Shown here: in pieces, positions 41,251-53,795 of the stretch
How positions within the stretch are numbered: position 1 is the first letter of the stretch
Layout: each line of letters opens with the position of its first letter
Assembly: GCF_006345805.1 (NCBI RefSeq)
Contig: NC_043011.1
Span: forward strand, 53,766,464-53,830,463
Reading direction: 5' to 3'
Length of the DNA stretch: 64,000 bases
From: Octopus sinensis
Lineage: Eukaryota
Translations under genes and position numbers: made by a program
The notes under the pieces: generated by a model
Told to the model about the DNA's origin: nothing
Seen by the model: the letters and a program-made list of their open reading frames with translations, nothing else
Databases searched by the model: none

Positions 41251-41589
41251 GCATAAGGGTATAAAATACCCAACCTTTCTGCTGTTTTCACAGCTTTACA
41301 ACATCTGAAATTTACTTTCTTTGTCTGTAAAATACAAAACACATTCAATGCTTTCAAAGTTTGTTTACAAAAACTGTTTTATAAAATAATTATAATATGG
41401 TGATTGGAAGGAAATCCCCATAGCTTTAGAAAGGGTATCCCCTTGATGGTAAGAAGGGGATTCCCATAGGGATTGAAAGGCAAGCCTTATGATGATAGAA
41501 AGAGAATCTGCATGCGATAGGAAAAGCATCCCTTTGGTGACAGAAAGAGTATCCTCATGGCAATAAGAAGGGCGTCTAGCTGTAAAGAT

Positions 41590-42160
41590 CATGACAATGA
41601 TGATGATGATGATGATGACAACAATGATAAGCGTGATGACAGTGATAATGATAATGATGATGATTATAGTGATGAAAAGCATAACAATGAAGACAATGAT
41701 GACAATGGTGAGGATGATGGTGATGATGATGATACCTGGGATGACGGCAATGGTGATGGTGGTGTTGATTGCAATGATGATAACAATGAAGATGAGGATG
41801 ATGGCAATGATGGTGATGGTGATAATGATGATGTGGTAATGATGATGATGATGATAAGGACGATGAGGATGATGACAACAACATTGAGGACGGCAACAAT
41901 GATAATGATGATGATGATAGTGATGGCCTGCATAACAACAAAGGCAATAAAGACAACGATGCTGATGATGATGATGATGACGATGATGATGATGTTGACT
42001 ATAATGATGATGACAACAACGACAGTGATGAGGATAAGTGATGACAATGAAAACAAGAATGATGTCAATGATAATTATGATGATGATTATGATGATAACA
42101 TTCATGATATTGATGATAACAGCAACGATGATGATGATGATGATGATGATGATGACAATA
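41590..42160. repeat. Degenerate (GAT)n microsatellite
   Basis: Direct inspection; source of the poly-D/M/I/H ORFs. Confidence 0.95.
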
Positions 42161-43271
42161 CTCTGAATATATATAATTGTGTTAGCGATCTGGGTTTATC
42201 TAACGCTATCCAGTGTTGTATTCAGGGTAGATAAACAGGGTAATTTGAATACTTTTATGCAGGCAGTGTAATTATATACACAAACAGGGGGTATTACGAA
42301 ACAAATGCCATATATTTAAACGACTGTACGTCTTCCATAGTTAGATTATTTATGGTTTAGAAAATGAGATTCAGATCGAAATAATATTAAAAAAAAAAAA
42401 ATGCATCGGAAGCGCAACAAGTCCGGATACATGCATTTAAATTGGTAATCGCGAAAGAAAGGAATCAAGCAGCACCTGGAGGGAGGTGTTTTCATCTCTG
42501 TGTGTTTTGCCATGTCATGGTGACACCTAGAAGCTAATCCATCATCGCTTTGTCACTATGGCACTTATCCAAATAATAACACCTTCACTTAGACCTTAAT
42601 CCTCATATACTCATAAAGAAAGTGAGTTACTTTCAATATCTGAGTGTTTAGTATCAGTGGAACAATGAAATTTCCTCCCATTAAGCTATTTGTATTCTTT
42701 GTTTTAATGCAAATGTTAAGTGTTTCTTACATCTCACTTCAATTATCTAGATTGCTTTGCAGCTTTCAGAAATTGCATTCTGGGATTTGTTAGAATGACA
42801 TTTCTATCTCATTCAAATAGGAGAGGTTATATCATTAGGCTTTTACTAAATCATTGTGTTATTCATGTTGCTGTTGTTGTTTTTGCTTTTGTTGTTGTTG
42901 TTGTTGTCGTTTCAATGTTGCATGCGGCTTGGGCTGACGTCGGCGGCGGCGGTGGTGGTGTTGATGATCAATGCTAGTGGCGAAGTTAGCGAAATGAGCT
43001 CTCGGTTCGGTTTTGACTTAACTCCAACTCTCTTAGCAGCTACGTAATTAATTAAGAGAAGAATTAATCCTGAACTAAATAATGAATAATAATACTGGTA
43101 TACACACATCCAATTGTACACTCACTCTCTCACATACAGGAGCATGCATATATGTATGTATCTACACACACACGCATGCACATACATGCACATGCACACA
43201 TATATATTCTGGTGATGTCATATATACATATATATATATAATTATATATATATATATACATATATATTTAA

Positions 43272-43311
<40 letters not shown>

Positions 43312-44311
43312 TAATAATAATAATAATAATAACAATAATAATAATAAATGGCACTCTGTCAGTTATGATGACAAGGCTTCCAGTTGATCTGATCAATGGA
43401 ACAGCCTGCTCCTGAAATTAACGTGCATGTGGCTGAGCACTCCACAAACACACATACCCTTAACATAGTTTTCAAGGAGATTCGGCATGGCACACAATGT
43501 GACAAAGCTGACCCTTTGAGATACAGGTACTACTCATTTTAGTCAACTTTCGATACATTTTATACATAAATATAAGAGAGCAGCATCGGAAACATTTTTT
43601 ATGTGGCTAAAGCCCAGCGGATCTATTTTTAGTGCTAGAGTAGACCACATAGTGGTTGCTCTCTTATATTTATGTATAAAATGTATCGAAATCCGGGTTT
43701 TATATGCACTAAGCCACTCAGTGTTAAATGGATGTACTATTAAATTAGTATGCAACTTTCTCACCCTCATTAGTTGATTATATATAAATATATATAGTTA
43801 ATCCAAACAAGAAAGCACAAAAAAACACAACAACGCGAGGACGTGGAACAAATAAAGTATTATTGGACACTCAGGAAAGAAGGGAAGAAGGAGGGTTTAA
43901 CGTTTCGAGCGGAGCTCTTCGTCGGAAACATAGGAGAAGGAAAGATCCAGTGAAGGGAAGACAGAGGAAAAAAAATCGCCAACGGTACACACGAGGTCAC
44001 ATTTTGAATGGGATATATGTTGTTATGTTTCTTATGTTTTCCAGTTTCATCTCTTGAGCTGTGGCCATGCTGGGACATATATATATTTGTATATCACAGA
44101 TGAGATCCAGAGATTTTGCGTATAGAAGACATTTAGTAGTGCTCAAAAGCTTCAAACTTAGAGTCCGATCAGTTGACAAGGTAAAGAAAGGCTATAAGTG
44201 AGATCAAGTTGAGCAGGTATAGAGGTACTTATGTGGGTTAAACAAATTAGATACATCAAACATATTAAATACATCAGTTTGGGTATGAAATATAAAATAT
44301 GTACATATATT

Positions 44312-44528
44312 TCTTTACTACCCACAAGGGGCTAAACACAGAGGGGACAAACAAGGACAGACAAACGGATTAAGTTGATTATATCAACCCCAGTACGTAA
44401 CTGGTACTTATTTAATCGACCCCGAAAGGATGAAAGGCAAAGTCGACCATGGCGGAATTTGAACTCAGAACGTAACGGCTACACATTTCGCCCGGCGTGC
44501 TAACATTTCTGCCAGCTTGCCGCCTTAC
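44312..44528 (-). mobile_element. SINE family A
   Basis: 13-bp TSD atgtacatatatt at 44299-44311 and 44529-44541. Confidence 0.9.
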
Positions 44529-44913
44529 ATGTACATATATTGGGTCCCGTGCTGGTGACACATGAAAAGCACCATTCGAACATGATTGTTGCCAGTGTTG
44601 CCTTACTGGCACGCTGCTGCCACATGAAAAACAACATTTGAGCGTGGTCATTGCCAGTGCCGCCAGACTGGTTCCCATGCAGGTAGCACGTAAAAACTCC
44701 TTTTGAGCGTGGTTGTTGCCAGAACTGCCTGATTGGCCCTTGTGCCGATGGCACGTAAAAAGCACCCACTACACACTCGGTGTGGTTAGTGTTAGGAAGG
44801 GTATCCAGCTGAGGAAACTTTGCCAGAGCAGAATGAGCCTGGTGCATCCTCTGGTTCACCAGTCCTCAGTCAAACCATCCAACCCATGCCAGCATGGAAA
44901 GCAGATGTAAAAC

Positions 44914-44970
<57 letters not shown>

Positions 44971-45374
44971 AATGCAAAACAAGAGAACACAAAAAGTGGA
45001 GTCTTTCATATGATGAATTTTTAACCACGTAAAAAGCACCCACTACACTCTCGGAGTGGTTGGCGTTAGGAAGGGCATCCAGCTGTAGAAACATTGCCAG
45101 ATAAGACCGGAGCCTGGTGCAGCCTTCTGGCTTCCCAGATCCCCGATCGAACTGTCCAACCCATGCTAGCATGGAGAACGGACGTTAAACGATGATGATG
45201 ATGATGATATATATAGATATTTATATTGATAGGTCCAACTTATGCAGAGTACAAATGACAGAGAAAATTAAAGGTGTGAAAGACAGGTGTTATAAGTCCG
45301 ACAGCTGTTTCTGGGGCTCGGTGATTAATAATAATGTTGGTAGATTTAGTTTATCACAATATATGGCCGTATGG

Positions 45375-45608
45375 GAGGCGGCGAGCTGGCAGAATGGTTA
45401 GCACGCCGGACGAAATGCGTAGCCGTATTTCGTCTGTCGTTATGTTCTGAGTTCAAATTCCGCCGAGGTCAACTTTGCCTTTCATCCTTTCGGGGTCGAT
45501 AAATAAAGTACCAGTTTCGCACTGGGGTTGATGTAATCGACTTAATCCGTTAGTCTGTCCTTGTTTGTCCCCTCTATGTTTAGCTCCTTGTGGGCAGTAA
45601 AGAAATAT
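45375..45608 (+). mobile_element. SINE family A, near-consensus young copy
   Basis: 14-bp TSD atatggccgtatgg at 45361-45374 and 45609-45622; CpGs retained. Confidence 0.93.
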
Positions 45609-46545
45609 ATATGGCCGTATGGATGCAATTAACATTATCAAAGTAGAGAGCTTACATTACAGAACTTAATGCTGAGAAGTTCAAAGATGGAACAGAGAAA
45701 TTCAAAGACACCAACTGCAGTTGTCAAGCAGTGGTGGGGGACAGACATTAAATGATGATGAAGATAATGATGATGATGATTATGAAGATAATAAGGATAT
45801 ATATGAAGGTAATTCTTGCATTACAGATGCATTGGGTTCCTGAAGATCTTATTTCTTTACTGCTCACAAGGGGCTACACACAGAAGGGAAAAACAAGGAC
45901 AGACAAACAGATTAAGTCGATTATATCGACCCCAGTGTGTAACTGGTACTAATTTAATCAACCCTGAAAGGATGAAAGGCAAAGTCAACCTTGGTGGAAT
46001 TTGAACTCAGAATGTTAAGATGGGATGAAATGCTTATTTCTTTACTACACACAAGGGGCTACACACAGAAGGGACAAACAAGGACAGACAAAGGGATTAA
46101 GTTGATTATATCGACCCCAGTGCGTAACTGGTACTTATTTAATCAACCCTGAAAGGATGAAAGGCAAAGTCGACCTTGGTGGAATTTGAACACAGAACGT
46201 AGCGGCAGATGAAATACCACCAAGCATTTCGCCCGGTGTGCTAACGGTTCTGCCAGCTCGCCGCCTTTGTTTAGAATTCCTGAAGATCTTGCCATTGTTT
46301 AGAATTCCAAAATGCAAAACCATTTTCCCCAGTTAACTTTCGTGTAACAAAACATGGAGAGTCAACAAGAAAATATGTTTTGCATTAAAGAACTTTGTGT
46401 TACAGAAAGATTTTCTGGAATATAACTCTTTCCAACTGTCAGACTTCCTTATACATATACATACGTATATATGTATATGTGTGTGTGTTTGTGTGTGTTT
46501 GTGTGTGTTTGTGTGCATGTGTATGTATGTATACATATATATATA

Positions 46546-46603
<58 letters not shown>

Positions 46604-47161
46604 ATATATATAATATATATATATATATATACCGTCCAACCCATGCTAGCATGGAAAGCGGACGTTAAACGATGATGATGATGATGATGATGATATATAT
46701 ATATATATGTATATATGTGCATGTTTGTATGTGTATATATGTATACACACACACACTCACACACATACACACACGCGCACACACATACACACAATGAGCA
46801 ATTTCTTTTTATATTTCATCAGACTACTTCTCACTTCCTTTCCTCTAATTCCTTTAGCACTTCCCCCCTCCAACACACCCACACCTAACCCGCATACTAC
46901 ACCAGACCAACCGCTCACCCCCTCCCCATCCCGACCAACTTCCTTGAGTCCCATATGTTCACGGCTTTGTCATCAAAATACATTTCCCTTCTCACTCCCT
47001 TTTTTTCCTTTCTGACCTACCCCACCCCCACTCCTCACTACACAACACCACCATCACTTTAGTGAACAATTAATTTTCTAATTATGCAAATGTTATTATC
47101 TAATGGCCTCTCCTCCCTACCATCTCTGCACATTCATTTATTTGTCTGTTAATATACATTA

Positions 47162-47226
<65 letters not shown>

Positions 47227-47370
47227 TGTACTATTATTATTACTATCTCTGTCATCAATGTCATCATCATCATTTTCAACGTTGCCATCATTATCATCAC
47301 CATCGTCATTGTCGTCGTCATCATCATCATCATCATCAACACCATCATCATCACTGTCATCAACACCACC

Positions 47371-47425
<55 letters not shown>

Positions 47426-47487
47426 ACATCATCATCATCTTGTAGTGGTTATTTTATTATTTTGTTATTATTATTATTATTACCATG

Positions 47488-47527
<40 letters not shown>

Positions 47528-47691
47528 TAATTATAATAACAATAACAACAATAGCAACAACAGTAATAATCATCATCATCATCATCATCATCATTAGTGT
47601 TAGTATTAATATCATTATATTTCATCTGTTCCCGCCATATATATATATTCTTGCCTTCATACTCAAGATTGATACAACTTGTCCTCCACGA

Positions 47692-47761
<70 letters not shown>

Positions 47762-48194
47762 CACACACACAAATACTGCCCGCTCCCCCCTCTGTGACAC
47801 TATCTCCATGCTCTGCTAGTGTAGCAAATGTTCTGTCCTCTCGGCTGGAACACAGAAATTAAGCAGAAGTGATCAAAGGGGGAATTAAGGGAGGTAATTT
47901 GTTTTAAATAACACTGATCAGCGGAGGTGGGGGTGGGGTGGGTTGATGGTAGTGGTGGGGGTATATAGATCTGTCCCCTTCTCTCTTATTAGTTCACATA
48001 CATACACACAATCACACACACGTGTGTGTGTGTATGTGTGTGTGCATGCGTAAGTGCATGTGTGCATGCATCTCTCCCTCTCCCTCTCTCTCTCTCTATA
48101 TATATATATATACACACACACACACGTGCATATATACATATACACATACGCCCACACGTGTGTATATGAGCATGTGTGTATGTATATATGAACA

Positions 48195-48215
48195 TAAATA
48201 CGTATGTATGTGCAT

Positions 48216-48246
<31 letters not shown>

Positions 48247-48760
48247 ACATACATACATACATACATACATACATACTTGCACACATACGTACATACATAC
48301 ATACATACATACATACATACATACATACTTACATACATACATGCATACGTACATACATACATACACACATACACACATACATACATACATACATACATAC
48401 ATACGTACATACTACATACATACATACATACATCATACATACATACACATACACACATACATACATACATACGTACATACGTACATACATACATACATAC
48501 ATGCATACGTACATACATACATACACATACATACATACATACATACCATACATACATACATACATTCATACATACATACATACATACATACACACATACA
48601 TACATACATACGTACATACATACATACATACATACATACATACATACATACATACACACATACACACATACATACATACATACGTACATACGTACATACA
48701 TACATGCATACATACATACATACAAACATACATACATACATACCATACATACATATGTAT
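48195..48760. repeat. (TACA)n microsatellite
   Basis: Direct inspection; source of the HTYI and MYVC ORFs. Confidence 0.97.
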
Positions 48761-49316
48761 ATATATATGAACTTCTAAGACCATTGAAAGTCCAATAAGG
48801 CAGTGAGTGATGAAAGTCAATGAGTGATGACCATTGAAAGGCAGTGAGTGATGACCAGGCGAATGGAAAGAAGTGAATGTGAAGATGTACTGAACAACTT
48901 TTGATTAACGAAGCTTTTCTGCCAGAAAATCTCAATTAAAAAAATAAGATTAAAGACTTTGAAAGAATATGGTTTGATTGTAAAAAGGCTTTAGGCTTCG
49001 TTCCTCTTTTACAACAGCATTTATCAAAAATATTTTTGTTATGCCAGTGGCAAGTTCAAACTCGTAAACAAGCCATTCACTGCGTTTTGTCATTGAGAAA
49101 ACTTCTCGCTATAGACAAATGGTGGAAATACACCTAAATCAACTTGCAGGACCACCTATCAAGCATTTCGGAGTAATTATCTTCTCTTTAGTCACAGAAA
49201 CCGAATTCAAATGTGTCGCAAGTATATTTGGTAAAAGGATGCATGGTGTTCGATCATATAATAATATAAATTATATATAAATATATGCATATATATATAC
49301 ATATATGTACATCCCT

Positions 49317-49702
49317 GGTGGAAGCACTCTGTCGGTTTCGATGACGAGGGTTCCGGTTGATCTGATCAACGGAACAGCCTGCTCGTGAAATTAACATGTA
49401 AGTGGCTGAGCACTCCACAGACACGTGTACCCTTAACGTAGTTCTTGGGGATATTCAGCATGACACAGAGAGTGACAAGGCCGGCCCTTTGAAATACAGT
49501 ACAACAGAAACAGGAAGTAAGAGTGAGAGAAAGTTGTGGTGAAAGAGTACAGCAGGGATCACCACCATCCCCTGCCGGAGCCTCGTGGAGCTTTAGGTGT
49601 TTTCGCTCAATAAACACTCACAACGCCCGGTCTAGGAATCGAAACCGCGATCCTACGACCGCGAGTCCGCTGCCCTAACCACTAGGCCATTGCGCCTCCA
49701 CC
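49317..49702 (-). mobile_element. Full-length tRNA-headed SINE family C (386 bp)
   Basis: Minus head tggaggcgcaatggcctagtggttagg...ggtttcgattcc; 10-bp TSD gtacatccct at 49307-49316 and 49703-49712. Confidence 0.92.
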
Positions 49703-50344
49703 GTACATCCCTACATCTATATGTATATATACATGCATATATGGGTATAGTACATCAAAAAAAAACGTTGAACACAATGAGATATGAAAACATAAAAATG
49801 AAAACATAGAAATGAGCTTTTTTTCAAACAACGAAAAAAACCAGAGAAATGAGACATACAACATAAAGAATATTCCCCTTCTTCAGTTGTCCCTTTTTCA
49901 ACTACTCCACGTTTTGAAGGCAAGGACAAGATGCGACTTCATTGAAACAATCCTTCCCGCAAAGCAAATTAAATAAAATTTGGGATTTTTGCAGAGGGTT
50001 AAAAGTGGTAACAAGAGCAGGACAATGAGAACAAAACAGTAAAAATAAAAGGTGAGGGTTGTTAAGACAAGACGATAGAAAAATTATTATGAATGCTTAG
50101 GAAGACGACCTTATGAAGGAGACAGTATAAGCACGTTTAGTCTTTACGAAGGTTGTGGGTAGAAAGGTAGATTCTCTTTTGTCTGGTAATGACATTGCAT
50201 TTATACACATCACTATTTAGTACTCCCACTGTATAGTTTGTTTACGGTGAGCTACTGATTGGTACTACCAGTCATCATACGATGACTAGAATAGCATAAG
50301 AGAAACAATCTCTCTCATCCGCTCACATTACCACTGTCCACATT

Positions 50345-50392
50345 CTGTGACTGAAGGGGAGATAACCATTCCGAAATGCTTGCATCTCACAG
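50345..50392 (+). ncRNA. Type I hammerhead ribozyme fold with one core change (A9>G)
   Basis: ctgtga-CTGAAGG-ggag-ataacca-ttcc-GAAA-tgc-tt-gca-TC-tcacag: stems I (6 bp), II (4 bp) and III all pair. Confidence 0.7.
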
Positions 50393-52442
50393 TCTGGATA
50401 GATGGCACTGCAAGCTGATTTAGGTGTATTTACACCATTTGTCTACAGTGAGAATAGCGGTTCAGCAAAAGAGACCGATAGAATAAGTACTAGGCTTACA
50501 AAGAATAAGTCCTGGGGGTCGATTTACTCGACTAAAGGCGGTGCTCCAGCATGGCCACAGTCAAATGACTGAAACAAGTAAAAGAGTAAAGAGTAAAGAG
50601 TATGCAAAACAGGCAGCTCTTAAAGTACCCCTTGGTGTACAAAATTCTCTGTGTATACCTCTTTATTTGACTTTGGTCCATCATCCACCTGATACAATGT
50701 GGAGCACAAGCTCTTGAAATGACCACATAAAGACAGAATTTGGCCAAAGGAAATCTTCATAGATAGATGTGTCAGTCAGACCCTTCATCAGCTAGGGACA
50801 CAAGCATGAGTCCTTTTGGATGGATAAAACTGTAGGTATATAGTTGGAAGCGAAAGTGATAAACCAAATTAATGTAAGGAGTCAGAGTGTGGGTTAGAAT
50901 AATTAAGTTTAAACTCGTTATGGATAACATGACAGCAACGTTAATCTCTGTGTGGAGGCACATGGCCAAGTGGTTAGAGTAGCGGACTCGCAGTCGAGGG
51001 ATCGTGGGTTTGAATCTCAGACCGGGCAATGTGTGTGTTTATGGCTCCGGCAGAAGGTAATGGCGAACTCCTGCTGACACTTTCGCCACAACTATCTCTC
51101 ACTCTTTCCTCCTGCATCTTGCAGCTCACCTGTGACGGACTGGCATCCCATCCAGGTGGGGAACCTATACGCCAAGGAAACCGGGAAACCGTCCCTTATG
51201 AGCCAGGCATGGCTCGAGAAGGAACAAACAACACGTTAATCTCTGTATATTTACCACAATCAGGGTTAACATATTAGCAAAAGGACAGTTTGTGTTGGGG
51301 TCTGTTGTAGAATATATCTATTATAGTTGATAATGTCTTTGTTACCAAGGTTGGTGACTTTACTTGACATATAGGGAGACACCATGATGGCTACACTGAT
51401 GTAAAGGAAGGCTATGGTTATAGCACATAGACTGAGAAGGGATCGTGTCTCTTGGAGTCCAGGGATGCAAATAACCTTAACCACTTACAATGCTAACTTC
51501 TGGAAAGTAGCCAACTATCTGATCGCTTACCCATTAGGCAAACACTCAAGCCACATAGGTATCATATTCACCAGAAAACAGGATTGACAAGAGGTTGGGA
51601 ATATTAAATCCTTCTCTTCTAAAGACTGTGTCCCTCAATATAAATTGGAGAACAGTGACTCCAAGAGGGGATTTAAATAAACTCAAAGAACTTAAATAAA
51701 CTCAAAGAATTTAAATAAACTTGGAGAAGGAAGTTATGTCAGCTTATCTTATGCATAAACTGTTACTCAGTTTTCCAAAAATGTAGGGTATGAGGTATTT
51801 TGGCCAAACCATTTTGGCATTGCCTCCTATCTGGAATTGCTGATTCAATGCTGATTAATTTCACATCAGACATCTGAATGTTTGTCATGTTTACTCTCTT
51901 TCTCTCTCCTCTCTCCCTCTCTCTCCCTCTCTCCCCCTCTCCCTCTCTCTCTCTTTCGCCTATTCTTTCTCTTCTTATGTGTATGTCAGCTTATTTCTCT
52001 TTACGTGTCTGAGGAGAAGGAAAGTGTTTGTCAATTGTGATCAATTAATAAATTGTAATGTCCTTTTCTCTGTCTGTCTGTCTGTCTATCTTCTCTCTCT
52101 CTCTCTCTCTCCTATCTGTATGTGTATATTTCTGTGTGCACATGTGTGCATGTGTGTGTATGTATGTGTTTGTCTGTGTGTGTGTGTGCACATGCATGTA
52201 TATGTGTGTGTCTGTGTGTGCATGCGTGCATGTGTGTGTATGAGTGTTTGTTTGCCTCCAGTGCCAAAAAGTACCTTTGCCAAAACAGGATCAATGTCCA
52301 GTCAGCCATGCCAATTTGTCAGCATTCAGACAGTCATATTGAATCAGCTCATTCTGCTTTTAGTGTTCATCGATTCTCCGTTATTTATTTTATTTACAGG
52401 TGAAATGAATAAATAAATAAATAAAACTGTTGAGCAGAAAAA

Positions 52443-53490
52443 CTGTAGAAATCATGAAATATGTATTTCTGTACAGTCGTGCAAAAGATAAAAACCACAG
52501 AAATGTAAAACTGTACACATTATGAAATGTGTGTTTGTGTACAAAAATGTAATAGTCCAAACAATAGAGAAACCATCATCATCATCATCGTCGTCGTCGT
52601 CATCATCAGCAGCAGCAGCGGCAGCATCATTTAAAGTCTGTTTTCCATGCTGGCATGGGTTGGGTGGCTTGACAGGAACTGGCAAAGACAGGGGCCATGC
52701 CAGGTCCCATGGTCTGTTTTGACTAGGTTTCTAAGGCTGGGTGCTCTTCCTAATGCCAACCACTTAACAGAGTATTCTGGGTGCTTTTTACATGGCACCA
52801 GTGCTTTTTAAGAAAGCATCCCCCCCACTCACCCCAATACTTTTTATGTGGCACCTTAGTTATAGGAACTTGAATAAAGCAATGCGCCACATATCTTGGG
52901 CCTCAGTCACCTTCTTTGTAAGGTTCAGGATTTTGAGATCAGCTTTCACTACTTCATCCCATGTCTTCCTGGGTTTCCCTCTCCCACACAAACCTGAATA
53001 AATCATGAAATATGAGTTCTATCGATTCAGGGAAATTATAGGTTAAACTGTAGGGAAGTATAACTGTACAAATCATGAAATGTGTGTTTTTGTGTTTATC
53101 AAGTGAAATGATAGATCAATAAACATAGAGAGATATCTGTACAAATCATGAAATGTGTGTTTCTGTGTTTATCAAGTGAAATGATAGATCAATAAACATA
53201 GAGAGATATCTGTACAAATCATGAAATGTGTGTCTCTTTGTGGGTGCCTCCAATGAAGTTACAGAATCAAATCATTGAATGGCAAACCTGCACAAATCAT
53301 GAAATGTGTGCTAACCTGCACAAATCATGAAATTTGTGCTTCTGGTTGTCTGTTCAGTAAAGTAAGTGAACAAATACTACAGAGTGGTAGACTGTAGAAA
53401 CCATGAAATGTGTGTTGTGTGTGTGCATGTACAGTCATATATTATACAAATCTATAGAGAAGTATATTATATAAATCATGATAAGTGTGA
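52443..53490. repeat. Degenerate ~73-bp periodic array with conserved core ctgtacaaatcatgaaatgtgtg
   Basis: Cores at 52443, 52511, 52994, 53064, 53137, 53210, 53288, 53316, 53392 and ~53467. Confidence 0.85.
52575..52992 (-). mobile_element. 5'-truncated RTE LINE 3' end with an (ATG)n tail
   Basis: Minus strand CGRGKPRKTWDEVVKADLKILNLTKKVTEAQDMWRIAL, followed by a family D-type 3' UTR and tail. Confidence 0.8.
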
Positions 53491-53743
53491 GTAAGTGTGC
53501 AAGCGGATATCATCATCATCATCATCATCGTTTAGCGTCCGTTTTCGATGATGATGATGATGATTGATATCCGCTTGCACACTTACTCACACTTATATAT
53601 ATATAAATAAATATAGATAGATAGATGTGTGTGTATGTGTGTGTGTTTGTATATGTAATCTGTTAAGAGATAAATTATACAAGCCTTGTGTGCATGTCTG
53701 TATAGTTGAGTAATAGCAGACCAATCAGCAGAGAAAGAGAGAC

Positions 53744-53795
<52 letters not shown>

